Assembly: GCA_004297985.1 (NCBI GenBank)
Contig: SCRA01000027.1
Span: forward strand, 360-64,359
Source of the DNA: a bacterium
GTDB lineage: Bacteria > Vulcanimicrobiota > Vulcanimicrobiia > Vulcanimicrobiales > SCRA01
Length of the DNA stretch: 64,000 nucleotides
Reading direction: 5' to 3'
The translations under genes were made by a program, and so were the position numbers. Each line of letters starts with the position of its first letter. The stretch's first letter is position 1. Positions 28,536-39,152 of the stretch are shown in pieces. The notes under the pieces were generated by a model, which saw nothing but the letters and a program-made list of their open reading frames with translations, ran no database searches and was not told where the DNA came from.

Positions 28536-31415
28536 GTGAACACCATCCAGCAACTGACGAGCTGCGGGCAGAGCGTCTGGCTCGACAACATTCGTCGCGC
28601 CATGTTCGCATCAGGCGAGCTCGAGCGCCTGATCGCCGATGGGGTGCGGGGCATGACCTCCAATCCCACCATCTTCTCCAAAGCGATCGGTGCGGGCGAC
28701 GACTACGACGAGCAGTTGCGCGAGCTGCTCGACGCGGGGCTGAGTGGGCCGCAGGTCTTCGAGCGCCTTGCCGTATCGGACATCCAGCGTGCCTGCGATG
28801 CCTTTCGCCCGCTCTTCGACGCCTCGCACCACGGCGACGGCTTCGTCTCCATCGAAGTCTCGCCAAAGCTGGCGCGCGACACGCAGGGCACGATCGAGGA
28901 GGCGAGGCGGCTCTGGCGCGAGGTCTCCCGCCCCAACGTGCTGGTGAAGATTCCCGGCACGCCGGAGTGCTTGGCGTCCATACGCCAATGTCTGACCGAA
29001 GGCATCAACATCAACATCACGCTGCTCTTCGGCAACGAGAACTACGAACAGGTGATTTGGGCCTACATCGAGGCACTGGAAGCCCGCCTAGCCGCCGGTA
29101 AGCCGGTCGACGACATCCACTCCGTCGCTTCCATTTTCGTGAGCCGCATCGACACCGCCGTCGACAAGCAAATTCAAGCGCTCGTCGCCAAAGGCGAGGA
29201 CTTCTCGAGCCTGCTGGGAACGATCGGCGTCTCGCACCTCAAGCAGTCCTATCGCCTCTACCGGCGCATATTCGAGCAGCACGAGCGCTTCAAACACCTT
29301 GCGGCCAAGGGCGCCCGAGTCCAGCGTCCGCTGTGGGCATCGACAGGCACCAAGAATCCCGCCTACTCCGACCTGCTCTACGTGGAGAATCTGGTCGGCC
29401 GCAACACGGTCAACACGATGCCGACCCAGACGCTGCAGGCGCTCCTCGATCACGGCACGGTGACTGCCGAGACGGTCGTGCAAAATCTCGATCAAGCCGG
29501 CGCAAACCTCACGCGTCTACAGCGCGCCGGCATCTCGCTCTTCGACATCACGAGGCGGCTGCAGGACGACGGCGTGGTGCTCTTCGTGGAAAGCTACGAC
29601 GAGCTGATCGCCACCATCGAGACAAAGATGGCCAGCCTGCGCCGCAAAGGCGCAGAGCGCATCACGGCCTCGCTTGGATACTCCAAGGGCATTGCCGACC
29701 AAGCGCTGACGAGGCTGCACGAGAACCGCTTCGACGAGCGTTTGTGGAAGAAAGACGCCTCGCTCTGGTCCAACCAGCCCGCACACGTGAAGATCATCGA
29801 GAACGCGCTGGGCTGGCTCGACGTGCCGCAGAAGATGCTCGAGTATCTCGCCGATCTTCAGGCATTTACGGCGGAAGTCAAGGCGGCCGGCTTCAGCGAC
29901 GCCGTCGTCCTGGGCATGGGCGGCAGCTCGCTGGCCCCGGATGTCTTCCGCTTGACCTTCGGGCACCAACCCGATGCCCCGCGCCTGCACGTGCTCGACT
30001 CGAGCGATCCGGAACAGATCGCCTCCTTGGAGAAGGAGCTCGATCTCGCGCACACGCTCTTCTTCGTCTCCAGCAAGAGCGGGACGACCGTTGAGCCCAA
30101 TGCCTTCTTCCGCTACTTCTACGAGCGCGTGCAGAAGACGATCGGCTCGCAGCGTGCCGCCAAGCACTTCGTGGCTATCACAGATCCCGGCACCGCCTTG
30201 GAGCGTGAGGCGCGCGAGGGCAATTTCCTGCGCTGCTTCACGAACATGGCCGACATCGGCGGCCGCTATTCAGCACTCTCGCTCTTCGGCCTGGCTCCCG
30301 CAGCCGCGGCCGGCTACGACGTGAAGGGCCTGCTCGCCGGGGGGAATGCAGGCATGGCCGCTGCCGGCTCCTCCGTGCCGGAAGATCACAACCCTGGCGC
30401 GCGTTTAGGCGCGATCATCGGCGGCTTGGCGAAGGCGGGCCGCGATAAGCTCACGCTCGTAGCGCCGCCAGCGGCCGCTGCGTTCGGCTACTGGCTCGAG
30501 CAGCTCATTGCCGAGTCCACCGGAAAGGACGGCACGGGCGTCGTGCCGATCGAAGGCGAGCCGCTGGGCGATCCGCACAGCTACGGCAACGACCGCCTCT
30601 TCGTCGCCGTGGCCGATGGTCTGGCGGGCGATCCACCCGGTTCCGGCGGCCCACGCCCCACGATCGACCGCGACGTCGAAACAAAGCTGCGCGTGCTGGA
30701 AGAGGCAGGACAGCCCGTGGTGCGCCTCACGATGGCATCGCTCGCCGAGCTCGGGCAGTGGATGTATCTCTGGGAGATCGCAACGGCGGCCGCGGGCTCG
30801 CTGCTGGGCATCGATGCGTTCGATCAGCCCAATGTCCAGGAGTCGAAGGACAATACCAATTCCCTGCTGGCCGCTTACAAAGAGAAGGGCACCTTCGGCG
30901 AAGCGGAGCCGGCGCGCGAGTACGGCGAGGGCCTGGCTATCTATCCGCTGGCCGGAAGCCCCCACATCGCCGCGACCGATCTCACGGAGGCGTTGGCCTC
31001 ACTCTTCGCGTTGCTGCGCCCAGGCGACTACCTAGCCATCAACGCCTACCTGCCGATGAACCAGCACAACGTCGATGCGCTGCGCGAGCTGCGCGTGCTG
31101 GTGCGCGACAGGTACAAGGTAGCCACGACGGTGGGCTTCGGGCCGCGTTTCCTCCATTCGACCGGCCAGCTCCACAAGGGCGGCCCCAACACCATCGTGG
31201 TGCTCCAATTGACGGCGGAGCATGGCGCCGCGCTCTCGATTCCCGGCATGGGAACGTCGTTCGGCACGCTCGAGCATGCGCAGGCGCTCGGCGACTTCCA
31301 ATCACTGGATGCACGCAAGCGCCGTGGCGCACGCCTGCATCTGGGGGCGAACCTGGAGCGTGGGCTCGAGCGCCTCTTGTGGGCCGCCCACGACGCTGTG
31401 ACAGCGCGCGCCTGA
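28536..31415 (+). CDS. tal: Bifunctional transaldolase / glucose-6-phosphate isomerase
   Basis: N-half GQSVWLD, TSNPTIF, QRPLWASTGTKNP; C-half GMGGSSL, SKSGTTVE, GGRYSALS, FDQPNVQESK, GQLHKGGP. Confidence 0.94.
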   Translation: MNTIQQLTSCGQSVWLDNIRRAMFASGELERLIADGVRGMTSNPTIFSKAIGAGDDYDEQLRELLDAGLSGPQVFERLAVSDIQRACDAFRPLFDASHHGDGFVSIEVSPKLARDTQGTIEEARRLWREVSRPNVLVKIPGTPECLASIRQCLTEGININITLLFGNENYEQVIWAYIEALEARLAAGKPVDDIHSVASIFVSRIDTAVDKQIQALVAKGEDFSSLLGTIGVSHLKQSYRLYRRIFEQHERFKHLAAKGARVQRPLWASTGTKNPAYSDLLYVENLVGRNTVNTMPTQTLQALLDHGTVTAETVVQNLDQAGANLTRLQRAGISLFDITRRLQDDGVVLFVESYDELIATIETKMASLRRKGAERITASLGYSKGIADQALTRLHENRFDERLWKKDASLWSNQPAHVKIIENALGWLDVPQKMLEYLADLQAFTAEVKAAGFSDAVVLGMGGSSLAPDVFRLTFGHQPDAPRLHVLDSSDPEQIASLEKELDLAHTLFFVSSKSGTTVEPNAFFRYFYERVQKTIGSQRAAKHFVAITDPGTALEREAREGNFLRCFTNMADIGGRYSALSLFGLAPAAAAGYDVKGLLAGGNAGMAAAGSSVPEDHNPGARLGAIIGGLAKAGRDKLTLVAPPAAAAFGYWLEQLIAESTGKDGTGVVPIEGEPLGDPHSYGNDRLFVAVADGLAGDPPGSGGPRPTIDRDVETKLRVLEEAGQPVVRLTMASLAELGQWMYLWEIATAAAGSLLGIDAFDQPNVQESKDNTNSLLAAYKEKGTFGEAEPAREYGEGLAIYPLAGSPHIAATDLTEALASLFALLRPGDYLAINAYLPMNQHNVDALRELRVLVRDRYKVATTVGFGPRFLHSTGQLHKGGPNTIVVLQLTAEHGAALSIPGMGTSFGTLEHAQALGDFQSLDARKRRGARLHLGANLERGLERLLWAAHDAVTARA

Positions 31416-31438
31416 ACCGGCGAGCGAGGAGGACATCG

Positions 31439-32347
31439 ATGCAGATAGGAATGGTCGGACTGGGCCGGATGGGTGCCAACATGACGGAGCGCCTGTTGCG
31501 CGGGGGGCATCAAGTCGTCGTCTACGACCGCAGCGCACAGGCCGTCCAACGCGTCGTTGCCATGGGCGCGCGCGGCGCCGCCTCGCTCGAGGAGCTGGCC
31601 TCCTCACTGTCGGGCCCACGGCGCGCCGTCTGGGTGATGGTTCCCGCGGGCGATCCCACGGATCAGACGATCACCACACTTGCCGCGCTCCTCGGCAAAG
31701 GCGACGTCGTCATCGACGGCGGTAACACGAAATACACCGACTCGTTGCGTCACGCACAATTCCTGCGCGAACACGGAGTCGGGTTCTGCGACGCCGGCAC
31801 CAGCGGCGGCATCTGGGGACTCAAGGAAGGCTATTGCCTGATGGTGGGTGGCGCCGCTGAGGACATCACCTACGCGGAGCCGGTCTTCCGTACGCTCGCG
31901 CCTCCCGACGGTTACCTCCACACCGGCCCCGCGGGATCCGGCCACTTTGCCAAGATGGTGCACAACGGCATCGAGTACGGGATGCTGCAAGCATACGCCG
32001 AGGGCTTCGCGGTCCTCGAGAAGGCCCCGTTTACCTACGACTTGGGCGGACTCGCCCATCTTTGGAACCACGGTAGCGTGGTACGCTCGTGGCTGCTGGA
32101 ACTAGCGGAGCTGGCCTTCCGCGACGATCCCGGACTCGAGCGAATCCGCGGCTTCGTCGACGATTCCGGCGAGGGGCGCTGGACGGTGGAGGCCGCCATC
32201 GCCGAGGACGTTGCCGCGCCGGTCATCACCGCCTCGCTCTTCGCACGCTTCTCCTCGCGCGATCCCGACGCGTTCTCCGCGAAAGTCATCGCGGCACTGC
32301 GCAACCAGTTCGGCGGCCATCCCGTCAAGACCGAGGCGTTGACCTAG
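31439..32347 (+). CDS. gnd: 6-phosphogluconate dehydrogenase (short decarboxylating type)
   Basis: GLGRMG, IDGGN, AKMVHNGIEYG, DSGEGRW, RNQFGGH; GAGGAGG RBS. Confidence 0.95.
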   Translation: MQIGMVGLGRMGANMTERLLRGGHQVVVYDRSAQAVQRVVAMGARGAASLEELASSLSGPRRAVWVMVPAGDPTDQTITTLAALLGKGDVVIDGGNTKYTDSLRHAQFLREHGVGFCDAGTSGGIWGLKEGYCLMVGGAAEDITYAEPVFRTLAPPDGYLHTGPAGSGHFAKMVHNGIEYGMLQAYAEGFAVLEKAPFTYDLGGLAHLWNHGSVVRSWLLELAELAFRDDPGLERIRGFVDDSGEGRWTVEAAIAEDVAAPVITASLFARFSSRDPDAFSAKVIAALRNQFGGHPVKTEALT

Positions 32348-33910
32348 ATGACGGTCACCACGACCGTAACGGCAGTTGGCGGCAAGAGCAACCCGCTGCG
32401 CGCGGGGCTGCAGAGCAACCGCATCTTCGACCCCTGCACGATCGTGCTCTTCGGCGCCACGGGCGACCTCACCAAGCGCATGCTGATGCCCGCGCTCTAC
32501 AGCTTGCGCCTCCAGGACATTCTGCCCTCCGACTTTGCGATCGTGGGGTACTCGCGCTCCCCCTGGTCTGACGAGCAATTTCGCACGGCCATGAAAGAAG
32601 GCATCGCGGAGTTCGCCCAACTCGGCCAGCCGGAGGGCCCCGTTTGGGACGATTTCGCTCGCCGGCTCTCGTATATCAGCGGCGACTTCGATGACGTCTC
32701 ATGCTACGTGAAGTTACAGCGGCACCTCGAGAACGATCTCACCGAGTTCAAGACGCGCGGCAACGTCCTGTACTATCTGGCGACACCGCCGGTGGTCTTC
32801 GGCGAGATCGTCAAGCACCTGGACCTGGCCAAGCTCGGCCCGAAGTCCACCAAAGGCTGGTGTCGCCTCGTAATCGAGAAGCCTTTCGGAACCGATCTCA
32901 CCTCCGCGCGCGCGCTCCAACAAGAGATCGAGAAGGTCTTCCCTGAGAAACAGATCTACCGCATCGACCACTATCTCGGTAAGGAGCCCGTGCAGGACTT
33001 GATGGCCCTGCGCTTCTCCAACGTGATCTTCGAGCCGCTCTGGAACTACCGCTACATCAAGAGCGTGCAGATCACCGCGGCGGAAACCGTTGGCGTAGAG
33101 CAGCGCGGCGGTTACTACGAGCGCGCCGGAGCCCTGCGCGACATGCTGCAGAACCACGTCATCAACTTGATGACACTCGTCGCGATGGAGCCTCCAGTCT
33201 CCGCCGATGCCGATGCCCTGCGCGACGAGAAGTTCAAAGTACTGCGAGCAGTGCGCCCAATCCCCGTCGAGCGGATGGACGAGTTTGCCGTGCGTGGGCA
33301 GTACGACCGCGGAGAAATCGCCGGCAAGGCGGTCTGCGCCTACCGCGACGAGCCCGATGTGGGCACGGATTCGCCGACAGAGACGTACGCGGCGCTCAAA
33401 CTACTCGTCGACAACTGGCGTTGGGGCGGACAGGTCCCGTTCTACCTGCGCAGCGGTAAACGCCTCAAGCGCAAGAACAGCGAGATCGCCATCGCTTTCC
33501 GCAATGTTCCGCACCGCCTCTTCGGCGAGCGCGGCGACGAGTTCGAAGCGAACTCGTTGGTCGTCAAGATTCAACCGGAGGAAGGCATCTCGCTCTCCTT
33601 CAACGCCAAGTATCCGGGCCAGGCGATGCACATCCGGAGCGTCTCCATGGACTTCGCCTACGGGCAGGGCTTCGGCGTCAAGATCGCGCCGGCGTACGAG
33701 CGCCTCTTGACCGATGCCATGCGCAATGACGCGACGCTCTTCACGCGCTGGGACGCCGTGGAGGCAGCCTGGGAAGTGGTGATGCCGGTGCTCGATCGTT
33801 GGCAGAACGCGCGCCCCGAAGATTTTCCGAACTACGCCCCCGGCTCGCAGGGCCCCAAAACCGCCGACGCCATGCTGGCGCGCGACGACGACTCCTGGAG
33901 ACAGTTATGA
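32348..33910 (+). CDS. zwf: Glucose-6-phosphate 1-dehydrogenase
   Basis: FGATGDL, EKPFG, RIDHYLGKE, RDMLQNH. Confidence 0.98.
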   Translation: MTVTTTVTAVGGKSNPLRAGLQSNRIFDPCTIVLFGATGDLTKRMLMPALYSLRLQDILPSDFAIVGYSRSPWSDEQFRTAMKEGIAEFAQLGQPEGPVWDDFARRLSYISGDFDDVSCYVKLQRHLENDLTEFKTRGNVLYYLATPPVVFGEIVKHLDLAKLGPKSTKGWCRLVIEKPFGTDLTSARALQQEIEKVFPEKQIYRIDHYLGKEPVQDLMALRFSNVIFEPLWNYRYIKSVQITAAETVGVEQRGGYYERAGALRDMLQNHVINLMTLVAMEPPVSADADALRDEKFKVLRAVRPIPVERMDEFAVRGQYDRGEIAGKAVCAYRDEPDVGTDSPTETYAALKLLVDNWRWGGQVPFYLRSGKRLKRKNSEIAIAFRNVPHRLFGERGDEFEANSLVVKIQPEEGISLSFNAKYPGQAMHIRSVSMDFAYGQGFGVKIAPAYERLLTDAMRNDATLFTRWDAVEAAWEVVMPVLDRWQNARPEDFPNYAPGSQGPKTADAMLARDDDSWRQL

Positions 33911-34896
33911 GCGTCGATACCATCGTCGCCGAACTCCACCGCCTGCGCGGGACGCAAAGCGAGCACGAGGTGATGGGAGCGACCGCCTCCACCTCGACGC
34001 TGATCGTCTACGCCGGCGATCCCGAGGCGTTTTCCGAGGCCACCGGACCGGCGCGCAAGATGGCCATCGCCCACGGTGCGCGCCTTCTGCTGCTCGATGC
34101 CAGCGGCCGCAGCAGAGAGGCACGCGTCTGCGCCTTCTGCGGACGCGCAGGGAGCGAGACGATCTGCTGTGAGGAGATCACCCTGCCCATCGATCCCAGC
34201 CGATCCGGCGTCGCGGTTGCCGACGTGGAGGAGCTGCTTCTCCCCGGGCTGCCAAGCTATCTCTGGTGGAGCGATGGCCGAGTCGAGACCCCTCTCTTCC
34301 GCGGGCTACATGCTTTGGCCAAGCATATCGTGGTCGACACCTCGCTCGCCGCCGACCCTACGGTGGCTCTGATCGAGCTCGACCGCATGCTCTCGCACGA
34401 TCCGCACGCGTACCTCTGGGATATCGCCTGGCTGCGCAATGCACCATGGCGCGAGATGGCTGCGCGTCTTTTCGATGATCCAGAACGCGCCGCTGCGCTC
34501 GCGCGCCTCGAGGCAATCGAGATCGAAGGCGGCTCGCTAGGCGAGGCGGCGCTGATGGCCGGCTGGATCGGCGCCCAACTGGGTTACACGGTGCCGGAGC
34601 GTTCACACCATTTGCGTACGGCTACGGGCGCGCGCGTCTCCTTCGCGCATCGTGGTACGCCGCAACCGGTATGCGCCGTGCGCCTGCGTACCGACACGCT
34701 CACCTTCTCCGCCAGCCTCGAAGGAAGCGCCAGCGTCTGTTTGAGCATGGAATCGGCGCAAGAGCAGCGCAGCCGGTGCGAGCCTCTGATGGCACGTGCA
34801 CTGGACGATCTCGTGCGCGAAGCGCTGTACGGCATCGGTGCCGACCCGGCCTTTCCACAGGCGCTCGCGCTGGCCGCCGGGCTGGTCGCAGGGTGA
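33907..34896 (+). CDS. opcA: G6PDH assembly/effector protein OpcA
   Basis: ATGA overlap with zwf; ICCEEITL, LLLPGLPSYLWW, D.AWLR..PWR. Confidence 0.85.
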   Translation: MSVDTIVAELHRLRGTQSEHEVMGATASTSTLIVYAGDPEAFSEATGPARKMAIAHGARLLLLDASGRSREARVCAFCGRAGSETICCEEITLPIDPSRSGVAVADVEELLLPGLPSYLWWSDGRVETPLFRGLHALAKHIVVDTSLAADPTVALIELDRMLSHDPHAYLWDIAWLRNAPWREMAARLFDDPERAAALARLEAIEIEGGSLGEAALMAGWIGAQLGYTVPERSHHLRTATGARVSFAHRGTPQPVCAVRLRTDTLTFSASLEGSASVCLSMESAQEQRSRCEPLMARALDDLVREALYGIGADPAFPQALALAAGLVAG

Positions 34897-35633
34897 GCGC
34901 ACCGCGCGTGCATGGCGAACTGCGCGTCGTCGCCGACGAGCACCAGCTCTGGACCGCACTAGCCGATCTCTTCGTCGCTCTGGCGCACGAGGCGATCGCT
35001 CGCCACGGCGCCTTCACCGTCGCGCTCGCCGGCGGCACCACACCCAAAGGAGCATTCGCGCTGTTGGCGCAAGAGCCGCGCCGCTCGCAGGTAGAGTGGG
35101 GGCGGCTCTCCGTCTTCTTCAGCGACGAGCGCTGCGTGCCGCCTGAGGATCCGCAGTCGAACTACGGTCTGGCCAACCGCACCCTGCTCTCGCAGGTAGC
35201 GATCCCGGCGGAGCACGTGCACCGTATGCGGGGCGAGCTCGCTCCGCAGCAAGCCGCCGAGGAATACGCTAGCGTGCTGCGCGATGCCCTCGGCGACGAT
35301 CCCGTACTCGATCTGGTGATGCTGGGGATGGGTCCGGACGGCCATACCGCATCGCTCTTCCCGGGAACATCGCCCGTTGGAGAGCAACGACTCTTGGTAG
35401 CGGCACCCTTCGTCCCGAAGTTCGGAGCTCACCGTCTGACGATGACCCCGCGCATGATCAACCGAGCGCGCCGCGTGGTGATCGCCGCCGCCGGCGCGGA
35501 GAAAGCCGAGGCCCTCCAGCACGCGCTGGAAGGCCCGGTCGATCCGAATCTCACGCCCGTGCAGGTGGTACAGCCGATCGGCGGAGCGCTGATCTGGCTG
35601 GTCGATCGCGCGGCAGCGTCGCTGCTCACCTAG
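34893..35633 (+). CDS. pgl: 6-phosphogluconolactonase
   Basis: ALAGGTTP, DERCVPP...SNY, LGMGPDGHTASLFP. Confidence 0.96.
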   Translation: MSAPRVHGELRVVADEHQLWTALADLFVALAHEAIARHGAFTVALAGGTTPKGAFALLAQEPRRSQVEWGRLSVFFSDERCVPPEDPQSNYGLANRTLLSQVAIPAEHVHRMRGELAPQQAAEEYASVLRDALGDDPVLDLVMLGMGPDGHTASLFPGTSPVGEQRLLVAAPFVPKFGAHRLTMTPRMINRARRVVIAAAGAEKAEALQHALEGPVDPNLTPVQVVQPIGGALIWLVDRAAASLLT

Positions 35634-35655
35634 GGCGATCCTAGGGCGCGCACAC

Positions 35656-37179
35656 TCACTCGCGCACCATCGCCGGCACGCCGCGCCGTGGCCGGCGCAT
35701 GACGAAAACTAGCGGTGCCAAGGCAATCGACATCAACGCCGTCCACCACGCCGTGTCGGCGAAGGCCATCGTCATCGCTTGGTGCGAGACGAGGTCGTAC
35801 AGTGCCAGCGGCGAGGAATGCGTGAGATAATCGACAACGGGCAGGCGGTGCAGAGTGGCCGCGCCCGCCAGCGACGCATAGTGGAAAGCGTCGCGCCGGT
35901 CGAGGATCGTCACCAGCACGGCCGTCGCGATGGAGCCGCCGAGCTGGCGCGCCAAGTTGAAGAACGCCGAGACCTTGGGTGCGTCACGCGGCGGCGCCGA
36001 AGCGAAGATGGCCACGGAGAGGGGCACGAATAGTTGCGAGAGCCCCACGCCGCCCAAGATGAGCATCGGGGCAAACGCCCAGAAGCCCGTGCTCGTGGTC
36101 GTCACCACCGCCTGCATGGCACTCGCGATACCGACGAGCACGAAAGCCCCACCGATCACCCAGCGCATATCGATCCTGCCGCGCATGATCAAGATCGCGG
36201 CAAGCGGAGTCAACAGCCCGATCGCCGCCGCCCGTACCATGATCAGGTATCCAGAGAGCGTCGCCGTGAAGCCGAGCATCGACTGCACGAACTGCGGCAG
36301 GATCAATATCGACCCGTAGAGGCTGATACCCAGCGTCATTCCCAGGAGAGAGCCCGCAGCGACGCCGCGATTCTTGAGAATGGAGAGATCGACGATCGGC
36401 TGCTCGGCGCAGAAGAGCTCCCATACCACGAACGCGACGGTCCCCACGACGGCCACGATGGCGAAGAAGATGATCCCCCCATCGGAGAACCAGTTCTTTC
36501 GCTCCCCCTCCTCCAGCACGTACTGCAGCGAGCCGATGCCCGCGGCCAAGAGCGCGATCCCCGGCAGGTCCACCGGCAGACGGCGCGGGCGCTGGGGGTT
36601 ACGCAGGAAGAGCAGCGTCAACAGCGCGGCTAGTACCCCGGGAACGACGTTGATGAAGAATACCCAACGCCACGAGAGCTGATCGGTGATGATGCCGCCC
36701 AGCGTAGGGCCGATGGTCGGGCCCACGATGACGCCCAGCGAGAAGATCGCCTGCCCCTTACCGATCTCCGCGGAGGGATACGTCTCCTGCAGGATCGCCT
36801 GCGACGTCGAGATCAACCCGCCGCCGAAGACTCCCTGTACCACGCGCCAGAACACCAGCTCCGCGAAAGAGGTGGAGAGGCCGCAGAGGACCGAGGCGAT
36901 GGTGAAACCGATGATCGAGGCGGTGTAGTACTCCCTACGGCCGAAACGCAGTTGGAGCCACGGCGTCAGCGGGATGACCACCACGTTGGCTACGATGTAG
37001 CCGGTGACGACCCAGGCGGCCTCGTCGATGGTGGCGCCCAGGTTCCCCTGGATGGTAGGCAACGCGACGTTGACGATCGTGCTGTCGACGATCTCGAGCA
37101 TGGTGGCAAGGCTGATCGCAAAGGTCACCAACAGCCGTCGCCACCCGTACTCCACGACGGAACTCTGATAGTGTTGCAC
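35656..37179 (-). CDS. emrB: DHA2 (EmrB/QacA) MFS efflux permease
   Basis: Multi-TM MFS; LEIVDSTIVNVALP, GPTLGG, WRWVFFINV, RQLGGS. Confidence 0.9.
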   Translation of the reverse strand: MQHYQSSVVEYGWRRLLVTFAISLATMLEIVDSTIVNVALPTIQGNLGATIDEAAWVVTGYIVANVVVIPLTPWLQLRFGRREYYTASIIGFTIASVLCGLSTSFAELVFWRVVQGVFGGGLISTSQAILQETYPSAEIGKGQAIFSLGVIVGPTIGPTLGGIITDQLSWRWVFFINVVPGVLAALLTLLFLRNPQRPRRLPVDLPGIALLAAGIGSLQYVLEEGERKNWFSDGGIIFFAIVAVVGTVAFVVWELFCAEQPIVDLSILKNRGVAAGSLLGMTLGISLYGSILILPQFVQSMLGFTATLSGYLIMVRAAAIGLLTPLAAILIMRGRIDMRWVIGGAFVLVGIASAMQAVVTTTSTGFWAFAPMLILGGVGLSQLFVPLSVAIFASAPPRDAPKVSAFFNLARQLGGSIATAVLVTILDRRDAFHYASLAGAATLHRLPVVDYLTHSSPLALYDLVSHQAMTMAFADTAWWTALMSIALAPLVFVMRRPRRGVPAMVRE

Positions 37180-37213
37180 CGTAGGCCGTCTCTTCTAGCG
37201 CGTGCGCACGATC

Positions 37214-38566
37214 TCAGCGAATCTTGACGTTGGTAACGACGTTCATGCCGGGGCGCAGCGGCGTCTGCGGAGGGTTGGCTCCGTCGAGTTCGATGCGAAC
37301 CGGGATGCGCTGCGTCACCTTCACGAAGTTACCCGTTGCGTTCTGCGCCGGGATGATCGAGAAGGTCGAGCCGGTAGCTGGACCGATCGCAACCACATGT
37401 CCGGAGAACGTCTCTCCCTTGTAGGCGTCAACGGCGATGTCGACGTGCTGGCCAGGATGCATGCCGGCGATCTGCGTCTCTTTGTAGTCGGCGGTGATGT
37501 AGATCTTGTCGAGCGGCACGATCGCGAAGAGCATCTGCCCGACGGCCACCATTTGGCCGACCGTGATGTTCTTCTCCCCGACCACGCCGTCGCTGGGCGC
37601 GTAGACGGACGTGTATGCGACGGCCGACTGCGCCTGGGCCAACGCGGCCTTCGCGTTCTTCACCTGCGCCTGTGCCGCTTCGGCCTGTGCCTGTTGCGCG
37701 GCGACCTTATACGGCGTCGAGTTCTCGGCGAGCTTGCCGCTAGCCGTGATCACGGCCGCACGGGCCGATTCCACGCCGGCCTGCGCGGCACGGTAGCGGT
37801 CACCGGCGGCATGTACGGCGGCATCGGCCGCCTGGGCGTTCTGCTGTGCCTGCTGGTACTGCGCGAGCGCACCCGCCGCCTCAGCGCGGACGGCATCGAG
37901 CTGGTTGGCTGCCACGGCACCTTCGTTGACCAACTGCGTGGTGCGGCGCAGATCGCTTCTGGCCTTGGCCAGCGATGCCTCGGCGGCCGGCACGGCGGCG
38001 TCGGCCGCGTTGGCCTGTGCTTGCGCGCTAGCCAACGCGGCCTGCGCGCCGGAAAGGTTGGCCTGCGCACCCAGAACATCGGCCCGCGCGGAGCCTACGC
38101 CGCCCCGTCCCTGCTGGACTTGCGCTCCCTGCGTCGACTGCGTCAGATCGACGCCCACGCTCGCCTGGCTCGCCTGGGCTTGGGCAGCCGCCAATGCCGC
38201 CTGCGCGGCTTGCAGGCGGTCGAGCTCATCGCGGTCGGCCAGACGCGCCAACAACTGCCCCTTGCGCACACTCTTATTGGTGTCTGTGAAGATGGCCTCG
38301 ACGCGCTCGGCGATCTTGGAGTTCACCTGAACGATGTCGGCGTCCACGGTCGCGTCATCGGTGCCGAGGTGGGCGTGCGCGTAGAGGAACCATCTCGTGC
38401 CGAAAACGATGGCGAGCAGCGCGACGATCACGCCGGCGATCATCAGCACTCTGCGGCGCTCCGGAGACATCCCGTTGCTCTGCTCTACCGGCGTCTGCTG
38501 CTCTCGCGAGACGGAGGCGTTCGCATCGACCGTTGCGGCGGGCGTCTCGACGCTCGTGCTACTCAT
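37214..38566 (-). CDS. emrA: HlyD/EmrA family membrane fusion protein
   Basis: TM anchor, TDDA, coiled coil, ADYKET, PAQNATGNFVKVTQRIPV. Confidence 0.92.
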   Translation of the reverse strand: MSSTSVETPAATVDANASVSREQQTPVEQSNGMSPERRRVLMIAGVIVALLAIVFGTRWFLYAHAHLGTDDATVDADIVQVNSKIAERVEAIFTDTNKSVRKGQLLARLADRDELDRLQAAQAALAAAQAQASQASVGVDLTQSTQGAQVQQGRGGVGSARADVLGAQANLSGAQAALASAQAQANAADAAVPAAEASLAKARSDLRRTTQLVNEGAVAANQLDAVRAEAAGALAQYQQAQQNAQAADAAVHAAGDRYRAAQAGVESARAAVITASGKLAENSTPYKVAAQQAQAEAAQAQVKNAKAALAQAQSAVAYTSVYAPSDGVVGEKNITVGQMVAVGQMLFAIVPLDKIYITADYKETQIAGMHPGQHVDIAVDAYKGETFSGHVVAIGPATGSTFSIIPAQNATGNFVKVTQRIPVRIELDGANPPQTPLRPGMNVVTNVKIR

Positions 38567-39149
38567 GGCGGAGAGTACCTTTCAAGAAGATGTCGGTGTA
38601 GTGGGCGATATCGCCTTGCGTGGTGGGGCTCTGCTCGTCCCACAGTCGTTTGCCCATAACGTGGGCGAAGATCATTCCCGAAAAGGCGCGCGTCAGGCGC
38701 CGGGGGTCGCCGGAGAGTCGCCCCGCCACCACATGACGGCTCATGAAGCCTTGGATCGCTAGCTGAATCCGCCGCGGCCCCTCGAAGAGCGCGGAGCTGC
38801 CGTCCAGGGACGAGTCGTTGAGGTGCACGCGGATGAGGTCCTCGATGTGTTCCATCCCCTGGGCCAGCGTGAATCCCACGCGGATGAGGTCGGCGCGAAG
38901 ATCTCCCGTCTCCTCGACGATCTCGGTGATCTTCTGGTGCATGCAGCACCGGCCGACCATCTCTGCCAGAAGCCGTTCCTTGGAGCCGAAGTGGCGAAAG
39001 AGCGTAACCTCGTTGACCCCGGCCTCCTGGGCGATCTCCCTTGTGGTCGCCCCGCGGCTGCCGTTGTTGCGGACGTAGACCTCGCGCGCAGCCGTGAGGA
39101 TGCGGTCGCGGGTCTCTTCGGGGCTGCTCTGACGGTGCGCGGTCTCCAT
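38559..39149 (-). CDS. TetR/AcrR family transcriptional regulator
   Basis: TRDRILTAA..GATTREIAQEAGVNEVTLFRHFGSKE HTH; start ATG 39149. Confidence 0.93.
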   Translation of the reverse strand: METAHRQSSPEETRDRILTAAREVYVRNNGSRGATTREIAQEAGVNEVTLFRHFGSKERLLAEMVGRCCMHQKITEIVEETGDLRADLIRVGFTLAQGMEHIEDLIRVHLNDSSLDGSSALFEGPRRIQLAIQGFMSRHVVAGRLSGDPRRLTRAFSGMIFAHVMGKRLWDEQSPTTQGDIAHYTDIFLKGTLRHE

Positions 39150-39152
39150 GGC

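Noticed and set aside
35629..35648. CCTAGGGCG direct repeat between pgl and emrB
   Set aside because: Too short to call a target-site duplication or terminator
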